Positions 10,354 through 18,077 of a stretch of DNA of 37,219 nt are shown here, one piece after another. Below the pieces are notes generated by a model. It was not told the DNA's origin and made no database searches. It worked only from the letters and a program-made list of their open reading frames with translations. Source of the stretch: a virus (lineage: Duplodnaviria > Caudoviricetes); IMG/VR virus record IMGVR_UViG_3300027808_000075, positions 1 through 37,219 of that record, one strand, 5' to 3'. Position 1 is the first letter of the stretch. Each line of letters opens with the position of its first letter. A program made the translations under genes and the position numbers.

Positions 10354-10995
10354 TTACTGCGTTACGGGCAACTGGTTAAAACGACCCTCCACGGCACTTT
10401 GAAAACTCATGGGTTTTTCTTTTTTAATTACGGAAGCCATCTCTTCCATCCGCGTAGCCACACCAGACTTTGCTTCTTTCGCTTTTCGGTACTCCTCATT
10501 ATCCAAGACTTCGCGGGCGGCTCCGGCAAAGTCATTCTGGCTGAGTAATTTTAGAGCTTTAGGTGAGCCAGTAATGTCCCCCCTATACGCCCCAGAAACC
10601 AATTGCGCCTGAAGTTCTGGCGAGAAATCGCTAAACGTGTCGGGCCCAACGAGCCTCTTAGCCAACGTAATCTTCTCGGCAATGGCTTTAGTAGCCAAAG
10701 CTTTGGCCGCTTCCTCATTAATCTCTTTCCCAAAAAAGGGACTGGCTTTGAGATCAGCGTCGGTTCCTTTACCGATTAGGGTTCCGATCCCGACCGTCCA
10801 ATTTTTATTGGTGTCGAGGTACGGCTTCGATCTAAAACCTTCATGCCTACGGATCACCTCAAAGGCTTTATCAGCAAGACCTTTACTCTCATATTCAGGC
10901 ATCGGTTCTTCCTCATCTGGCTTAAAGCCGAATTGGTCAGCACGCAGTTCTTCTGGAGAAGGAACTCTTTTAGGCTTTACGAGGACGGGATTCAC
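10354..10995 (-). CDS. T4-type (GH24) lysozyme, possibly virion-associated
   Basis: HEGFRSKPYLDTNKNWTVGIG contains the E-x8-D-x5-T catalytic triad. Separate from the holin/amidase cassette. Confidence 0.88.
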   Translation of the reverse strand: MNPVLVKPKRVPSPEELRADQFGFKPDEEEPMPEYESKGLADKAFEVIRRHEGFRSKPYLDTNKNWTVGIGTLIGKGTDADLKASPFFGKEINEEAAKALATKAIAEKITLAKRLVGPDTFSDFSPELQAQLVSGAYRGDITGSPKALKLLSQNDFAGAAREVLDNEEYRKAKEAKSGVATRMEEMASVIKKEKPMSFQSAVEGRFNQLPVTQ

Positions 10996-10999
10996 TAGG

Positions 11000-11134
11000 T
11001 TATTTCTTTGCGACTTTGACGGCTCCGGTATGAAGCTCCTTCTTTAGTTTGCCCTGTTCCTTACTGGAAAGAGGCGAAACTTTAGAGAGCAAATAGGCGA
11101 CCTGCCTTTTAGATTTTACATTTGCAGCGGGCAT
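11000..11134 (-). CDS. Small basic protein (44 aa), not in ORF track
   Basis: Manual translation MPAANVKSKRQVAYLLSKVSPLSSKEQGKLKKELHTGAVKVAKK*. Fills the gap and has a promoter 6 nt upstream. Confidence 0.7.
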   Translation of the reverse strand: MPAANVKSKRQVAYLLSKVSPLSSKEQGKLKKELHTGAVKVAKK

Positions 11135-11140
11135 AATTGG

Positions 11141-11169
11141 ATATTAGTGGTTTAGGGAAACAGTGTCAA
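11141..11169 (-). promoter_or_regulatory. Sigma70-type promoter, leaderless
   Basis: TTGACA-17 bp-TAATAT-6 nt-ATG(11134). Confidence 0.75.
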
Positions 11170-11183
11170 GGGTGGATTTAAGG

Positions 11184-11831
11184 CTACGAGTTCGGTTGTA
11201 GTTCGTAACTATACGTTCTCGTATGGGACGTTGTACCATTTGAACGCAGATTTGTCTCTGTCCAACTTAGTAAAGTTGGAGATGTGTCGAAAGAAAAAAC
11301 AATGCGGTTAGTTTCCCAAGTGGGCTTAAACCGCCATACAATATAAAATTTATCTCGGTGGTAGAAAGGTTGGATTTCTCTAATATTAGTCGCGATAGTA
11401 GTGGTTTCATTTGAGATAATAAAACTTTCGCTATTTTCGAACCGTGAGTCAATAAAATCTTGACCCGATAGTCTAAAGAAATTTATGCCTTTTGGACAGG
11501 TGGCTGAAAGCTGCCCCGCATAAAAGCTATTAAAATCTAGTGGCACGTCCTCTCCCGACCCGCCGCCACCTGCCTCAAAAACCTTGACGGATTTATATCG
11601 TTTTAGATTTGCCGAAATGTCGTGAGGAAGGATTCCTGTTCTTACACTTTTGCCTATAACTGTATTCCCGATGTGTGCCCAGTCACAATATTGTTCAAAT
11701 GTTATTTCTCTAAAGGCTTTAAAGTTGGCCTTAATGATATCAAACTCCTCATCGGTTATAGAAGAATACTGTTCGCCCTTTGGGGCTACGATTATAAAAC
11801 TAGGATCGCGTTTTTCTAAAGGGATCGACAT
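11184..11831 (-). CDS. Hypothetical protein
   Basis: 215-aa ORF in the structural block, noticeably AT-richer than its neighbours. Start codon uncertain. Confidence 0.65.
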   Translation of the reverse strand: MSIPLEKRDPSFIIVAPKGEQYSSITDEEFDIIKANFKAFREITFEQYCDWAHIGNTVIGKSVRTGILPHDISANLKRYKSVKVFEAGGGGSGEDVPLDFNSFYAGQLSATCPKGINFFRLSGQDFIDSRFENSESFIISNETTTIATNIREIQPFYHRDKFYIVWRFKPTWETNRIVFSFDTSPTLLSWTETNLRSNGTTSHTRTYSYELQPNS

Positions 11832-11839
11832 AAACTCTA

Positions 11840-12787
11840 TTACTCTTCAAACTTTTTAAATTTGGTCATTGCAGATAACGTGATGTACCCATATTCATTA
11901 TCTTTGATGCAATAAAAGTCTATAGGTATGCCGGAAACAAAATAATCGTCTTCTGTTATTGTTTCTCCCGACAGCGAATCTCTTATCTCTTCTGGGTAAC
12001 GGTCTTCTGGGTCTGGGTCAACACTGATTGTGTTTGAGTCTTGGACATACACGACCATCGCACTCTGCTTGTCCGCCGAAAAAAGCAACAACGGGGTTTG
12101 GCTCACCATCGATGACGCTCTTTCATTTCCTGCGCGTCGAGATATCTCGTTACTTTCGGGGTTCTTAACACCCTGCTCCGACTCGTTAGAACGAGCAGCC
12201 CGCGAGTCAGAGGCGGCTAGCTTACTGTCTGAAACAGAACTAGAATCGGACGAGGCAGGATCAACCTTACCATTCTCTACAGTAGAACTAGACTTGGCGT
12301 CTGTTTGATTGTAAGCCCCCCTTTGAATACTAGGCTCTTCAATTTGCGGTACCGGAGGGGGTGCGCCCGTCGGTGGTGGTGGTGGTGGTGCGCCCGTCGG
12401 TGGCGGTGCGTCTGTTTGATTGTAAGCCCCCCTTTGAATACTAGGCTCTTCAATTTGCGGTACCGGAGGGGGTGTGCCCTGCCAATTTTGTTTAGCCCAT
12501 TCATCTGATGCCTTAGACCCTGTAGATAATGAGTAATCCATGTTTCCCCCAGAAACCGTTGGGTATACCCCATTGATCGAGGTATTTTTAAGTAAATCAA
12601 ACATTACTTGTGACACATCGTCTTTAGATAATGAAGAAATATTGCCAGTAGTATTGGTGTTGCCACTGTTTATGTTTGGCTGTAGCCCTTGACCACTAGT
12701 GGGCATACTGCCGCCCGCTGATGATCCAATACCCCCAGACGCAGGGGCCGTATTATCCGGTGTTATGATTCCAAGAGTAGTTGCCAT
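11840..12787 (-). CDS. Low-complexity probable virion protein with an internal duplication
   Basis: 315 aa, Ser/Pro-rich. PPPVPQIEEPSIQRGAYNQTDA occurs twice. Confidence 0.7.
   Translation of the reverse strand: MATTLGIITPDNTAPASGGIGSSAGGSMPTSGQGLQPNINSGNTNTTGNISSLSKDDVSQVMFDLLKNTSINGVYPTVSGGNMDYSLSTGSKASDEWAKQNWQGTPPPVPQIEEPSIQRGAYNQTDAPPPTGAPPPPPPTGAPPPVPQIEEPSIQRGAYNQTDAKSSSTVENGKVDPASSDSSSVSDSKLAASDSRAARSNESEQGVKNPESNEISRRAGNERASSMVSQTPLLLFSADKQSAMVVYVQDSNTISVDPDPEDRYPEEIRDSLSGETITEDDYFVSGIPIDFYCIKDNEYGYITLSAMTKFKKFEE
12298..12474. repeat. In-frame direct repeat (~66 bp x2, period 111 bp)
   Basis: GCGTCTGTTTGATTGTAAGCCCCCCTTTGAATACTAGGCTCTTCAATTTGCGGTACCGGAGGGGGTG at ~12298 and ~12409. 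Confidence 0.9.
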
Positions 12788-12791
12788 AAAG

Positions 12792-15305
12792 TTAAACGTA
12801 AACTTCGATTAATTCTGTGACCCATATACCGTGTCTCCAGTGCTCGGACTGGCGAGCCACTTCGATCCAACCATCAAGCGTGGTTGGTGTTGTCGCGGGG
12901 ATAACCACTTTCTCTCCCGAAGGAAGAGACACGTTTATTTCTTCTCTTAAACACTTAGGGATGGATAAAGTAAAAAAGCTAGTGCTTGTAGTTACTGATC
13001 GCGACCTATTCTCAGACTCAGATATAGATGTAGATTCGTTATTTGATTGCGTATCTGATTCTGACTCACCGTCATTAACTGAAGTGCTTTTACCTTTTGA
13101 GCTACTGATTGATTCGTTCTGCCCCTCTTGGGTCGAAGAGCCGCTCGATGAACTGGTTCCGCTCTGGGTCGAAGTGCCGCTCGATGTACTTGTTCCGCTC
13201 TGGGTCGAAGTGCCGCTCGATGTACTGGTTCCGCTCTGAGACGAAGTGCCGCTCGATGAACTGGTTCCGCTCTGAGACGAAGTGCCGCTCGATGTACTTG
13301 TTCCGCTCTGAGACGAAGTGCTGCTCGATGAACTGGTTCCGCTCTGAGTCTGAGTGCCGCTCGATGAACTTCTTGCAGAAGAACCATTGTTACCATCATT
13401 TGATGAGTTTTCTTTTCTGCTATCTACTGTTTCTTTTCTAGATACCTCTGGCGTACTGTTCCAGACGTACCCGCCGTCTCTATTTGTTTGGACCGAAGAT
13501 CGGGTTACCCCACTGCCATTCGAAGCAGACACACTGTAAGAATAGCCGCTCGATGAACTGGTTCCGCTCTGAGACGAAGTGCCGCTCGATGAACTGGTTC
13601 CGCTTTGGGACGAACTGCCGCTCGACGAACTGCTTCCGCTTTGGGACGAACTGCCGCTCGACGTACTGGTTCCCTGTTGGGTCGAACTGCCACTCGACGT
13701 ACTGGTTCCCTGTTGGGTCGAAGTGCCGCTCGATGTACTTGTTCCGCTCTGGGTCGAAGTGCCGCTCGATGTACTTGTTCCGCTCTGTTCTGAAGTGCCG
13801 CTGCTCTTTGACGTTCCTTTTGTTTCGCTTTCGGAAGTGCTTGTGGACCTAGAGGTGGACGAACTACTCGATATGCTCCTCGACGAGTTTACAGAGGAAC
13901 CCTTAGACGTACCACTATTACTAGACTCACTTATCGATGTGCTCTTTGAAGTGTACTCAATAACAGCTTGAAAAGCTTCTGAGGCCCATACAGTGCGGGT
14001 GTTTGCAGAATCAACATCGGGGGGTGGTCCGTGTGTGAATGATCGCGTTGTTCTGGATTTTAAGGGCCCATCAGGCACGCGCTTCCATGTGGGAACCGCT
14101 ACATACCGCTCTAAACCGATTACATCAATACTTAATAGAACTTCAGGTAAGTTTTCTCGGCGTAAGCCAAACCATACTTGTGGTGCTGGTAGTGATTGTA
14201 GATACGTCGTGCTACGAGTAGAGTGCCATTGATCTTTGGGTTGGATATCAACGGACCCAAAAGACCCATCAGCACCGTAATAAAGACCGCCACTTTCAGA
14301 GTTTGATGGGATTATGCTGGAAGAGAAAGCAAGAGGAACCCCATATCGACTGTCTATCTGCGCCCCGTAAATTGTAGGAAACAGAACATTACCATTAGCG
14401 TCTTTTGGTGCTTCGATGGTTACTTTAACGCTCTGCCCATTACCTAGAACCGAAACAGAACTATCAAGAATACCGTAGCCGGATTCAGTAGTTTCGCCGT
14501 CTTCTACAAGAGATTCTTTTCGGGTAGCTACGACGCCACCATAGTCATTCACAATAAGCTGCCCATTCGGTAAATTAACTGGGAGAACTAATTCGGCTCT
14601 TTTAGCCCTCTTAACCAGTTTAACACTTGGGTTAAGCTGGTCTTCGGTGACTGAAAGCTCATCGCTAGCTAGGGTTGGCGCGGATGCAAGGCCCTCCTCG
14701 ATGTATTCTACCGACACAGTAGGGAGAATACTACGGAACTTTTCCGGTACGACTTCCGGTTTTTGTGCTCCGTGGCTCAGCTTTAAATCTAAAAAGCTCT
14801 CCTCTACATAGTTACGTTCCTCGATAACATAAAGAGAATCCAGTTCCGGCTCGCTCTTGGCTTGCTTCTTGTCGAAGAACAAATAGTTAATGCCATCAAA
14901 TGTGCTCTCCGGCACTTCTGGCATTGGGGTCTTGAACGCAGGAAACAGCGGATCGAACTCAGACCTTAGAGTTAAATAGGTTCGTGTTACTACACGAAAC
15001 TCACGACCACCGACGTTACCAATAATGTTGCGGTAGCCAAAAGAAAAGTTGTACCTGTCTTGTTCTTCTCTGTCCGCTGCGTAGAAAAACTCAAAAATTC
15101 CGTCGCGTTCAATATCGACAGTCTTAACAAAGACAAGTTTATGGTAAGGCCACTTGGCGGAATCAGGATGTGGGGTTCCGTATGCAGGGATATCGGAGCG
15201 GCTGCAATCTTTTACCTGACTAAACAATACGTCGCCGCTATCGGGCGTTGGATAAATCCGACGATCTTGTCTAAAAGGAGCTTGGGGTAATTGGGAGACT
15301 GGCAT
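12792..15305 (-). CDS. 837-aa probable tail/ejection protein with a giant Ser/Thr-rich symmetric tract
   Basis: Globular-looking residues 1-451, Ser/Thr/Gly tract 452-776 and a short globular C-terminus. Located directly downstream of the fibre genes. Confidence 0.75.
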   Translation of the reverse strand: MPVSQLPQAPFRQDRRIYPTPDSGDVLFSQVKDCSRSDIPAYGTPHPDSAKWPYHKLVFVKTVDIERDGIFEFFYAADREEQDRYNFSFGYRNIIGNVGGREFRVVTRTYLTLRSEFDPLFPAFKTPMPEVPESTFDGINYLFFDKKQAKSEPELDSLYVIEERNYVEESFLDLKLSHGAQKPEVVPEKFRSILPTVSVEYIEEGLASAPTLASDELSVTEDQLNPSVKLVKRAKRAELVLPVNLPNGQLIVNDYGGVVATRKESLVEDGETTESGYGILDSSVSVLGNGQSVKVTIEAPKDANGNVLFPTIYGAQIDSRYGVPLAFSSSIIPSNSESGGLYYGADGSFGSVDIQPKDQWHSTRSTTYLQSLPAPQVWFGLRRENLPEVLLSIDVIGLERYVAVPTWKRVPDGPLKSRTTRSFTHGPPPDVDSANTRTVWASEAFQAVIEYTSKSTSISESSNSGTSKGSSVNSSRSISSSSSTSRSTSTSESETKGTSKSSGTSEQSGTSTSSGTSTQSGTSTSSGTSTQQGTSTSSGSSTQQGTSTSSGSSSQSGSSSSSGSSSQSGTSSSSGTSSQSGTSSSSGYSYSVSASNGSGVTRSSVQTNRDGGYVWNSTPEVSRKETVDSRKENSSNDGNNGSSARSSSSGTQTQSGTSSSSSTSSQSGTSTSSGTSSQSGTSSSSGTSSQSGTSTSSGTSTQSGTSTSSGTSTQSGTSSSSGSSTQEGQNESISSSKGKSTSVNDGESESDTQSNNESTSISESENRSRSVTTSTSFFTLSIPKCLREEINVSLPSGEKVVIPATTPTTLDGWIEVARQSEHWRHGIWVTELIEVYV
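13128..13372. repeat. 36-bp tandem repeat block (~6.5 units, SGTSTSSGTSTQ), C-terminal arm
   Basis: GAAGTGCCGCTCGATG(T/A)ACT(T/G)GTTCCGCTCTG(G/A)G(T/A)C units with no spacers. Confidence 0.95.
13546..13803. repeat. 36-bp tandem repeat block (~7 units), N-terminal arm
   Basis: Same unit as 13128-13372, separated from it by ~170 bp of unique coding sequence. Confidence 0.95.
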
Positions 15306-15306
15306 A

Positions 15307-17337
15307 TTACACTAGAGGAAACACACTAACATTCATTTGATCTACAGTTACTTCATCACCATTAACTACATTCTCAACAAACACCTCAATAAACTCGGTC
15401 GGTAGAAGTTCGATAATACATTGACTTGAGACGTGAGCTAATACATTAGCCGCCGAACCTGTTGCTTGGAGCTTCGATGAAGCTATTGGGATGGCATCTT
15501 TTGCAATAGAAAAAGAATATTCAGTCCCATTGGTTCCGTGAAAACTAAGGGACACACTCACATAAAACTTGCGGGTTGCTGTTCCTGTATATGTTAAACG
15601 ACCATTAGAATGCGAGAAATTAGACAGAAGACCCTCCGTAGTAGTTCCACTAACTTTTGTTGGGGTATCCACTGTTGCTATCGCAGTTTCAATAATGGTT
15701 GTGAGGTAAAGTTCACCATAAGCGGATTGACTAACCCCCGTCCCACCGTTAACAACGGGCAATACGCCTGAGACTCCCGATGTCAACGGCAAGCCCGTGC
15801 AGTTGGTGAGAATACTTCCGGCTGCAGGAATACCCAATACTGGAGTAAATAGGGTAGGAGAGGTTGAGAGCACGACTGATCCAGTGCCCGTTGAAGTCGT
15901 AACATTAGTACCACCGTTCGCGACAGGCAAGACACCACTAGCATCGGCTAGCGAAACGCCTGACGTAGTGCCAGTACCGCCGTTTGCAAGAGGGAGAATT
16001 CCAGATACATGGGTTGTAAGACCTACTTTACCATAAGATGGAGCAACCGTAACACCCCCAGAAAGAAGCACATTTCCAGTAGCAGCAGACGGAAGCTTTG
16101 CCAGAGCTGTATCAGAGTTTGCGTATAGGATATCCCCAATAGAATAGAGTGACTGACCCGTACCACCACTGGCGGCACTTAGTGTCCCTCCGACATCGCT
16201 TAAAGTTATAGCCGACCAAGAGGGGGCACCTGCTCCGTTTGCTTTTAGGAACCCACTTGAGGCGGTGGGCAACATCGCCGTAACGCCAGCATTCGACTGA
16301 TATGGTATTGAACTAGCACCACCACCGATAAGATTAGTGGCGTTAGTAGCATTGGTGGAGTTAACAGCAGTAGTTGCTGCGTTTGTGATCTCGGTTTGTA
16401 GTGTCGAACTGAGATCCGTTTTGGCAATGCTAACCCAAGTTGGAGCCGCTGCACCGTTGGACTTAAGGAAAGTGCCCGAAGCACCTGCTAGCAATACAGT
16501 AGTGTCGGCTGCTGATTGATACGGGATGCTGCCTGTAGAGCCGCCAGCTAAGTGTGTAGCTTTGGCGGCGGTGCCTGTCGTGCTTTGGTTTAGAGTTGGA
16601 AAATCGGCAGCAATAGCAATAGACGGGACACCTGTTGCGGTTGTGTTCTTAACAATCCCCGTCGCGAGCGAAGACATCTCAACATTGTTAATCTTCGTAA
16701 CTTTAAGCACGCCGCTAGCATCGGTAACGTCTCCGGTATGGGTGATGTTCGAAACTTTAGCGGTATTGGTCGTGATCTCAGTGGACAACGCCGAACTCAA
16801 CATTGTCTTCTCAACAGCAGACCAAGATGGCGCGGCTGCGCCGTTTGACTTTAGCACGGTGCCCGATGTGCCGGAAGCCAACAAAGCCGTAGAATCATTT
16901 GCGGTTTGGTACGGGAGAGATCCCGTAGCACCACCAGCAATGTTCGTGGCTTTGGTAGCGGTTGTGGCTGTCAACGCATTGCCTGTCGTGCTTTGGTTAA
17001 GGGTGGGGAAGTCAGAAGCAATAGCAATAGACGGGGCACCTGTTCCGGTCGTGTTCTTAACAACGCCCGTTGCAAGGGAGGACATCTGGACATTGTTAAT
17101 CTTCGTAACTGTGAGCACGCCACTAGCATCAGTAACGTCTCCGGTATGGGTAACATTACCTACTTTAGCAGTATTAGCTGTGTGTTGATTAAAGATAGTG
17201 GGGCTCATCAACCCACTAACGCTCGATGTCGCTGTTGATATTGGATCGCTGCCACCAGTAATATGAGAAGCAGCATGAGGAGCCGGAATAGATACGCCAG
17301 TATCGGAGATTGTAAGGGTATAGGTATCGGATGGCAT
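15307..17337 (-). CDS. Tail fibre protein
   Basis: Gly/Ser/Thr/Ala-rich with LPVANGGTG repeats and GSLPYQ...G..LKSNG..AP.W modules. 136-aa internal duplication and a C-terminal beta-sandwich-like head. Confidence 0.8.
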   Translation of the reverse strand: MPSDTYTLTISDTGVSIPAPHAASHITGGSDPISTATSSVSGLMSPTIFNQHTANTAKVGNVTHTGDVTDASGVLTVTKINNVQMSSLATGVVKNTTGTGAPSIAIASDFPTLNQSTTGNALTATTATKATNIAGGATGSLPYQTANDSTALLASGTSGTVLKSNGAAAPSWSAVEKTMLSSALSTEITTNTAKVSNITHTGDVTDASGVLKVTKINNVEMSSLATGIVKNTTATGVPSIAIAADFPTLNQSTTGTAAKATHLAGGSTGSIPYQSAADTTVLLAGASGTFLKSNGAAAPTWVSIAKTDLSSTLQTEITNAATTAVNSTNATNATNLIGGGASSIPYQSNAGVTAMLPTASSGFLKANGAGAPSWSAITLSDVGGTLSAASGGTGQSLYSIGDILYANSDTALAKLPSAATGNVLLSGGVTVAPSYGKVGLTTHVSGILPLANGGTGTTSGVSLADASGVLPVANGGTNVTTSTGTGSVVLSTSPTLFTPVLGIPAAGSILTNCTGLPLTSGVSGVLPVVNGGTGVSQSAYGELYLTTIIETAIATVDTPTKVSGTTTEGLLSNFSHSNGRLTYTGTATRKFYVSVSLSFHGTNGTEYSFSIAKDAIPIASSKLQATGSAANVLAHVSSQCIIELLPTEFIEVFVENVVNGDEVTVDQMNVSVFPLV

Positions 17338-17342
17338 GGGAA

Positions 17343-17690
17343 TTAAGCGTCGTTGGTGGTTTGTGCGCGAGCAGTAAGCGATCCGTAAAGCAAACGCTCT
17401 CTTTTTGAATTACGATCCATGAATAGATCCCACTCGTAGATGCCTTTGCCCGCACGCAAAGTTTTGGTCTGGGCTTTCGTAATGATTATTTGAACCTGCC
17501 CGTCCGTTGCGGTTTCGTAGATCGCGGGAGTGAGGTCCAGCACTTCTTTCTTCGAAGCAACCTCACGAACATCAGCGTAAAATTCCGCATCCGTAAGGTC
17601 GACGGCAACGCCAGCCTGATTCTGAATCGTCAGAACGAAGCTGTAATCCGCTGCGCGGTCGAGAGTGATATCGTAATTTGCTGCGAGCAT
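17343..17690 (-). CDS. Fibre adaptor / baseplate-like small beta-sandwich protein (paralog of 20310..20654)
   Basis: YDITL.R..DY.F.L.I...G..VDL...T..L......Y.WD.F.......LLYG pattern shared with 20310..20654. Confidence 0.7.
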   Translation of the reverse strand: MLAANYDITLDRAADYSFVLTIQNQAGVAVDLTDAEFYADVREVASKKEVLDLTPAIYETATDGQVQIIITKAQTKTLRAGKGIYEWDLFMDRNSKRERLLYGSLTARAQTTNDA

Positions 17691-17696
17691 TGAAGA

Positions 17697-17725
17697 AGTC
17701 TATAGGATTCAGGGTTCAGAAGCAA
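17697..17725 (-). promoter_or_regulatory. Sigma70-type promoter, leaderless
   Basis: TTGCTT-17 bp-TAGACT-6 nt-ATG(17690). Confidence 0.55.
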
Positions 17726-18071
17726 GTTCCATTTGTGGGGTGATATACTCAAAGGCCGTTCCGTTGAAAACGATGTCAGTGCGACCAGCAGTTACAGGAG
17801 CGCGGGTGGTAAACTGTGGCACAGCGAGCGCGTCCAGACTGGCGTTGACTTGCACACCCAATGCGGTATTGGCGGCGAACGTAGCGAGCGTAGCAGGAAT
17901 GTCGGCGTTCAGCACGGCAAGCAAGCGGTCAGTTGGGAGACTCCAGAACTGCGCGTTGGTTGTGGTGAGCGTGCTGGCAAGATGGTGAGTCGCCTCTCCA
18001 GCTTGCAGGACGAGTTGTTCTTTTGCCTGTAAGTCGGCTTCAGCTTGGGTGAGTTGACGGATAATGCTCAT
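17709..18071 (-). CDS. Hypothetical protein (possible fibre chaperone)
   Basis: 120-aa ORF directly after a fibre gene. Confidence 0.65.
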   Translation of the reverse strand: MSIIRQLTQAEADLQAKEQLVLQAGEATHHLASTLTTTNAQFWSLPTDRLLAVLNADIPATLATFAANTALGVQVNASLDALAVPQFTTRAPVTAGRTDIVFNGTAFEYITPQMELASEP

Positions 18072-18077
18072 AGGGGA

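Noticed and set aside
13128-13803. 36-bp repeats as a CRISPR array
   Set aside because: Units are directly tandem with no unique spacers and are in-frame coding repeats. No cas operon; the Cas4-like gene is an ordinary phage replication nuclease.
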